DNA of 52,878 nt. Origin: Bdellovibrionales bacterium RIFOXYD12_FULL_39_22. Its GTDB lineage: Bacteria; Bdellovibrionota; Bacteriovoracia; Bacteriovoracales; Bacteriovoracaceae. How positions within the stretch are numbered: the stretch's first letter is position 1; the number at the start of each line of letters is the position of its first letter. Location of the stretch: assembly GCA_001770205.1 (NCBI GenBank), contig MEQL01000013.1, positions 1-52,878 on the forward strand. Direction: 5' to 3'. Positions 49,411 to 52,878 of this stretch are shown piece by piece. Made by a program: the position numbers and the translations under genes. The notes below the pieces were generated by a model, which was given only the letters and a program-made list of their open reading frames with translations, was not told the DNA's origin and did not search any database.

Positions 49411-50115
49411 TTAAATCTTAAATAAATCACTGAACGATTTTTCTTTTTGCTTATAAAAACCAACTGCCTTACTCAAATCGCATTCCGTAGTCGATAACGT
49501 ATTATCGTAAACAATCACAATTTTTTCCTGCACCTTATCGCTTGATTCTTGCAAAACTTCGCAATAGGTGTCATAGAGCCCACGCTTGTTGGTGAAGTAG
49601 ATGCAGTACTTAGAAGAGTAGCTGTCAGTACCATTATAAAATTTTCCGCTTATGCGCGACCTGCTTTTCTGAGTCAGCTCAACCTCAATGTCTAGCTCCA
49701 CTGACTTGTCATTTGACAACCAAAATATTTTTGCATCAGGGTTGTAATGCTTAGAATATCCCTCATAGAAAATTGTGCAGTCAGTAAATTTTCCAGTGGC
49801 GATCATCGCACGCAGCACCACACCCATCGTCAAATCGTGCATCACACATGCGTCCGTTAACTCATGACCTAAGGCCAACCCTGACCACTTGACTCCCTTG
49901 TTGGTAAGGAAGATGTGCTTGGTCTGGTTGCCGACAAAGGCACTCTTGATGAGACAGGCCGTCTCCAGCTTTCTAAGTTTTTTTAGAAAGTTGTTGTAGG
50001 TGAGCTTGTCACTCAACATATCAAACAGCGTTTTGCAATCCAAAATTCTCCACTGTGCAATGTGGTTTAGGATGTCGACATAAACACCCTCCGGAGCAAA
50101 ATAGCACTTCCTCAT
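49411..50115 (-). CDS. replication-relaxation family protein (wHTH + PD-(D/E)xK fold)
   Basis: L.KLE...LI, LT.KG, HD, PDA, IEVELTQKS..R...K; ATG at 50115 overlaps the upstream TGA (alternative GTG at 50163). Confidence 0.78.
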   Translation of the reverse strand: MRKCYFAPEGVYVDILNHIAQWRILDCKTLFDMLSDKLTYNNFLKKLRKLETACLIKSAFVGNQTKHIFLTNKGVKWSGLALGHELTDACVMHDLTMGVVLRAMIATGKFTDCTIFYEGYSKHYNPDAKIFWLSNDKSVELDIEVELTQKSRSRISGKFYNGTDSYSSKYCIYFTNKRGLYDTYCEVLQESSDKVQEKIVIVYDNTLSTTECDLSKAVGFYKQKEKSFSDLFKI

Positions 50116-50297
50116 ATAACACCAATCCTTTGGGATAGAGTGAGCTGAACTAACAAGACGCACCTATCCCCTAAAATCTCCTCTGGAAGGCGAGGAGGGC
50201 CTCTTGAATGTTTTTTGGCTGCGGCCAGACAACTATATGGCCGCCACCAGAATTTTCTTTTAATGCTGGATAAAATTTTTAAGTAAATCGTGCTCAT
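50112..50297 (-). CDS. 61-aa basic hypothetical protein
   Basis: AAGGAG RBS; MSTIYLKILSSIKRKFWWRP...; ATGA overlaps at both ends. Confidence 0.55.
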   Translation of the reverse strand: MSTIYLKILSSIKRKFWWRPYSCLAAAKKHSRGPPRLPEEILGDRCVLLVQLTLSQRIGVI

Positions 50298-50419
50298 AGA
50301 TGACTCCTTTTTGTGGCAAAATATTTTTGCCCTCTCATTAAGGGGAAAATGGCCAGGGGTTTTGTAGATAATTGTCTGAAACTCCAGCAATTCAACTTTT
50401 TTTTGCTCTGATTTTTCAT
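50294..50419 (-). CDS. 41-aa repeat-encoded micro-ORF, copy 1
   Basis: GGAGG RBS; MKNQSKKKLNCWSFRQLSTKPLAIFPLMRGQKYFATKRSHL; ATGA overlaps at both ends (my own translation, below the ORF-track cutoff). Confidence 0.5.
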   Translation of the reverse strand: MKNQSKKKLNCWSFRQLSTKPLAIFPLMRGQKYFATKRSHL

Positions 50420-50610
50420 ATTAAATTTCCTCCGAAAAATTGTGTTAAAATTTTTTCTCCTCTCACTAATGGGATAGCGCCTGGGTGTTTTATAGATAAT
50501 TGTTTGAAACTCCAGTAGTTCAACTTTTTTCTGATCTTTTTTTTCATGTTAAACTTCCTCCGAAAAATTGTGTTAAATTTTTTTCTCCTCTCATTAATGG
50601 GATAGCGCCT
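50324..50610. repeat. imperfect tandem repeat, 128-bp period, ~2.2 copies
   Basis: tagataattgt at 50365 and 50493; cctccgaaaaattgtgttaaa at 50429 and 50557; cctctca(c/t)taa..gg three times. Confidence 0.92.
50416..50547 (-). CDS. 43-aa repeat-encoded micro-ORF, copy 2
   Basis: GGAGG RBS; MKKKIRKKLNYWSFKQLSIKHPGAIPLVRGEKILTQFFGGNLI; ATGA overlaps at both ends. Confidence 0.5.
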   Translation of the reverse strand: MKKKIRKKLNYWSFKQLSIKHPGAIPLVRGEKILTQFFGGNLI

Positions 50611-51243
50611 ACCTGTTTTGAATTTAACCTATTGATAATTTTGAAAATGCGGTTAGATTTTAGTTTATCTATTCCAGTTTTTTCGACACGGTGAAAGCAT
50701 TGTTATATTTCATCAGCGCATATGCTTGCTTTGAGAATAAATGTTGCTCTCATTAGTTTTAGTACCCATTATTGCGAAAATCTCACGGCCCAAATTTAAA
50801 AAAATGCAAATATCCAATGATTCTAAGAGGAAGTAATAGAAAATAGTTTTATGAATTGATCGCCGCGGGGCCAATTTCAAGGCCCAAAGCGGCGCAGTTA
50901 CGAGATTATAAGAAGTTAAACCTGCACAATTCTTTTACAGAGTATGTAATTGTGGACATGAAAATATTTTTTCCAGGAATCGGCTTCGATTCGCATGCTA
51001 CACTCAGAAACATAGACGATTTATGAGTGTGTTTTGAATATCGAAAAACATCAGTTCTGGGACAATATCGGATAATAGATTTTGCGCGGAAAAGCGAACT
51101 TTTCTGAGTAAGGTCACGAAAACTGAGAAATAATGGGTATTGCCCAGATTTTTAATATTAGGTTTATGAATTTGAATATAGAGGTATTATGGTAGTGTCT
51201 AACAGGAGTTCAAAAATTTCTTAGATAGACAGCTTCCGGGAGT

Positions 51244-52095
51244 ATGAAAATGCGTGTAAGTATCTTGCTACTAGCAATGCTAACAATTAATAATGGCTTT
51301 GGCGCAACACGTGAGCTTGATTTTGCAAAACAGATGATGATTGCTTATGTAACAAATGCTTCGTCTAGCATTGATTTCATAAACAAATTTCCCGAGGTTA
51401 ATGAAACGGTTTCTAAGTTCAGAGCTGCAATTAACGAAGATCTAAATATTTTAACAGTTGATTGTCCAGCAGGAAAAATTGCTTTTGTAAACAACGACGA
51501 TTCAATATCGTACAACAAGGAAGGAAAACTGCAAATTCATATTTGTAGAGAAACGCTCAAAACTTCCGCTGAGGAAATTGCACAAACATTGATTCATGAA
51601 TTGATACATTTAATCGACCATGATCCAGAGGAAGAATCAACAACAAAAAAAGAGTTGCTTATTGTCTATTTCGGTGGTGGTGCTCCAAGCCTCAGCTATA
51701 TGCAAGATTTTCCGATCAACGAAGTAAGTATCGAAGAGGTTTTAGATACTGAAGAGTATCGTTGGCTCAAAATAATTGGGATTGATACAACGGATGATTT
51801 TTTGATCGCTCTGGCCCGCAGTTATGCAATAACTGGTTACTCGAAGAGAATTCAAAAAATACTTTCAAGTTTTGGTTCTCGAAAAAATATTGTCCTTAAT
51901 TTCCAAGATAATCTTGGCCAAACACCAATAATGCTTGCAATTCGTGAGGGGAATATTGATTGCGTAAAGGTTCTTCTTGAGAATGGTGCGAAGTTAGATT
52001 TGAAATCAAACAGTGGAGAAACAGCGCTTGGAATCGCTAAAAAATACCAGAGATCTGAATCTCTAAAGCTTCTAGAGCGTTATACTACTTTTTAA
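51244..52095 (+). CDS. exported protein with an HExxH zincin-like domain and C-terminal ankyrin repeats
   Basis: Signal peptide; QTLIHELIH...EE; D..GQTPIMLA..EG...CVKVLLENGA, GETAL.IA. Confidence 0.8.
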   Translation: MKMRVSILLLAMLTINNGFGATRELDFAKQMMIAYVTNASSSIDFINKFPEVNETVSKFRAAINEDLNILTVDCPAGKIAFVNNDDSISYNKEGKLQIHICRETLKTSAEEIAQTLIHELIHLIDHDPEEESTTKKELLIVYFGGGAPSLSYMQDFPINEVSIEEVLDTEEYRWLKIIGIDTTDDFLIALARSYAITGYSKRIQKILSSFGSRKNIVLNFQDNLGQTPIMLAIREGNIDCVKVLLENGAKLDLKSNSGETALGIAKKYQRSESLKLLERYTTF

Positions 52096-52144
52096 ACCAC
52101 TAGGAATATGAGCAGTCAAATAATATAATCGCAAGGAAAAAATG

Positions 52145-52167
52145 AAAAGGGCCGCTTGGCCCTTTTT
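52145..52167. terminator. bidirectional Rho-independent terminator
   Basis: aaaagggcc-gctt-ggcccttttt between convergent genes. Confidence 0.82.
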
Positions 52168-52213
52168 GTTATTGGATGAGTTTAAACACACCGATTAATG
52201 AGTCTACTCCGAA

Positions 52214-52585
52214 CTATGCCACTGCGAGCAGTAACTCATCATAATTTGATTTTAGTTCTTGGGCCGTGCCTCGTGTATTAGAAATTTCTTTTATCGAAAT
52301 TAACCCAATTTCCTTGAGTAAAATAACGTCACGATGAACGGCGCGAAACTCTCTATCTAATAATTTGGCCAGGGCCGAAATGGATTTTGGGTGGAGGTCA
52401 CGAATGGCCCTCCATACCTCCAATCTTTTATCGGTCAAAACTTTTCTGACGGCAGCTAGAGATTCAAAGGTGGTATTTTTTGAAAACTTTTGGCGTTTAT
52501 GTTTTTTGTCAAAATCTTTGGCCGCTTTTAATAAGTCATCGTTGGCCTGTTTTTTATCAAGTATTTCGATTTTCATTGTTTTCAT
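52214..52585 (-). CDS. HVO_A0114-like wHTH DNA-binding protein (putative antitoxin)
   Basis: FES....KVLT.KRLE....I....P.SI..LA..L.R....VH.DV..L...GLI; GGAGG RBS. Confidence 0.85.
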   Translation of the reverse strand: MKTMKIEILDKKQANDDLLKAAKDFDKKHKRQKFSKNTTFESLAAVRKVLTDKRLEVWRAIRDLHPKSISALAKLLDREFRAVHRDVILLKEIGLISIKEISNTRGTAQELKSNYDELLLAVA

Positions 52586-52790
52586 ATTTTATTACCTCCG
52601 TATTCTCTAATTTCAAAAAATCTGAAATTAAGGTTTCTGCGTCTTTAAAGTTATACCTGGACTCATTTCCCTCGGAATCATGACGATGATGTCCTTTGGG
52701 AAAGTGGTTATCAAAGAGAACTAAAACTCTTCCAGTAATTGGATTTGCTAATATCAACCTGTATTTTATCCCGTCTGGATATTTACTAGT
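52557..52790 (-). CDS. DUF6516 (TumE-like) putative toxin; 5' end unresolved
   Basis: SKYPDGIKYRL.......VL.FDNH.PKGHHRH....E..Y.F.....L..DF; the frame stays open to the window end without an ATG. Confidence 0.75.
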   Translation of the reverse strand, partial: TSKYPDGIKYRLILANPITGRVLVLFDNHFPKGHHRHDSEGNESRYNFKDAETLISDFLKLENTEVIKYENNENRNT

Positions 52791-52878
52791 AATACCAATT
52801 ATGTAAAATAAAAGTGGGCCAAATGTACTAAGTTTGCTAAATTTTTCGGATGGAAAATTTAAAAGATTTAGTAAAAAA

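Larger units (their letters stand above)
47276..52878. mobile_element. integrative element / genomic island at the tRNA-Ser 3' end (extends beyond the window)
   Basis: tRNA, arm-type repeats, convergent tyrosine integrase, Xis-like HTH, replication-relaxation protein, TA cargo; no distal tRNA duplicate seen in the window. Confidence 0.85.

Noticed and set aside
50324..50610. CRISPR array or DGR template/variable repeat
   Set aside because: Contiguous 128-bp units with no unique spacers, differences not confined to adenines, and no cas or RT gene in the window

Overview
AT-rich bacterial chromosomal window. The short D0/D1-only flagellins and the general gene set suggest a Bdellovibrionota/Bacteriovoracia-like organism (inference). 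Three parts. (1) Left end, 1-1749: a decayed integration hotspot at a CAT-anticodon tRNA (probably Ile2). It has a duplicated tRNA 3' half plus terminator, integrase-arm-like repeats, a DUF4160/DUF2442 toxin-antitoxin pair, a PBECR-like toxin and a 5' remnant of a group IIC intron placed directly after the tRNA terminator. (2) Housekeeping genes (dapF, pal, cpoB, tsaD, rsmA, smpB, murI, pullulanase, two flagellins with CsrA-type leaders, tadA) interrupted by a ~22 kb energy-metabolism block (11.6-33.4 kb). That block holds a six-gene Ehr/Hyf-like membrane complex lacking NiFe ligands, a divergent NarX/NarL-type two-component system whose sensor has a periplasmic CxxCH heme motif, a hybrid kinase, and a multiheme operon (split CbcL-like nonaheme + cytochrome b, hexaheme, octaheme Otr-like + cytochrome b). 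(3) Right end, 47186-52878: an integrative element at tRNA-Ser(GGA) with a tyrosine integrase, excisionase-like HTH, replication-relaxation protein, 128-bp tandem repeats encoding translationally coupled micro-ORFs, an ankyrin/HExxH cargo gene and a DUF6516-type toxin-antitoxin pair. It runs past the window edge. No CRISPR array, rRNA or reverse transcriptase was seen. All family calls come from motif recognition, not database searches.
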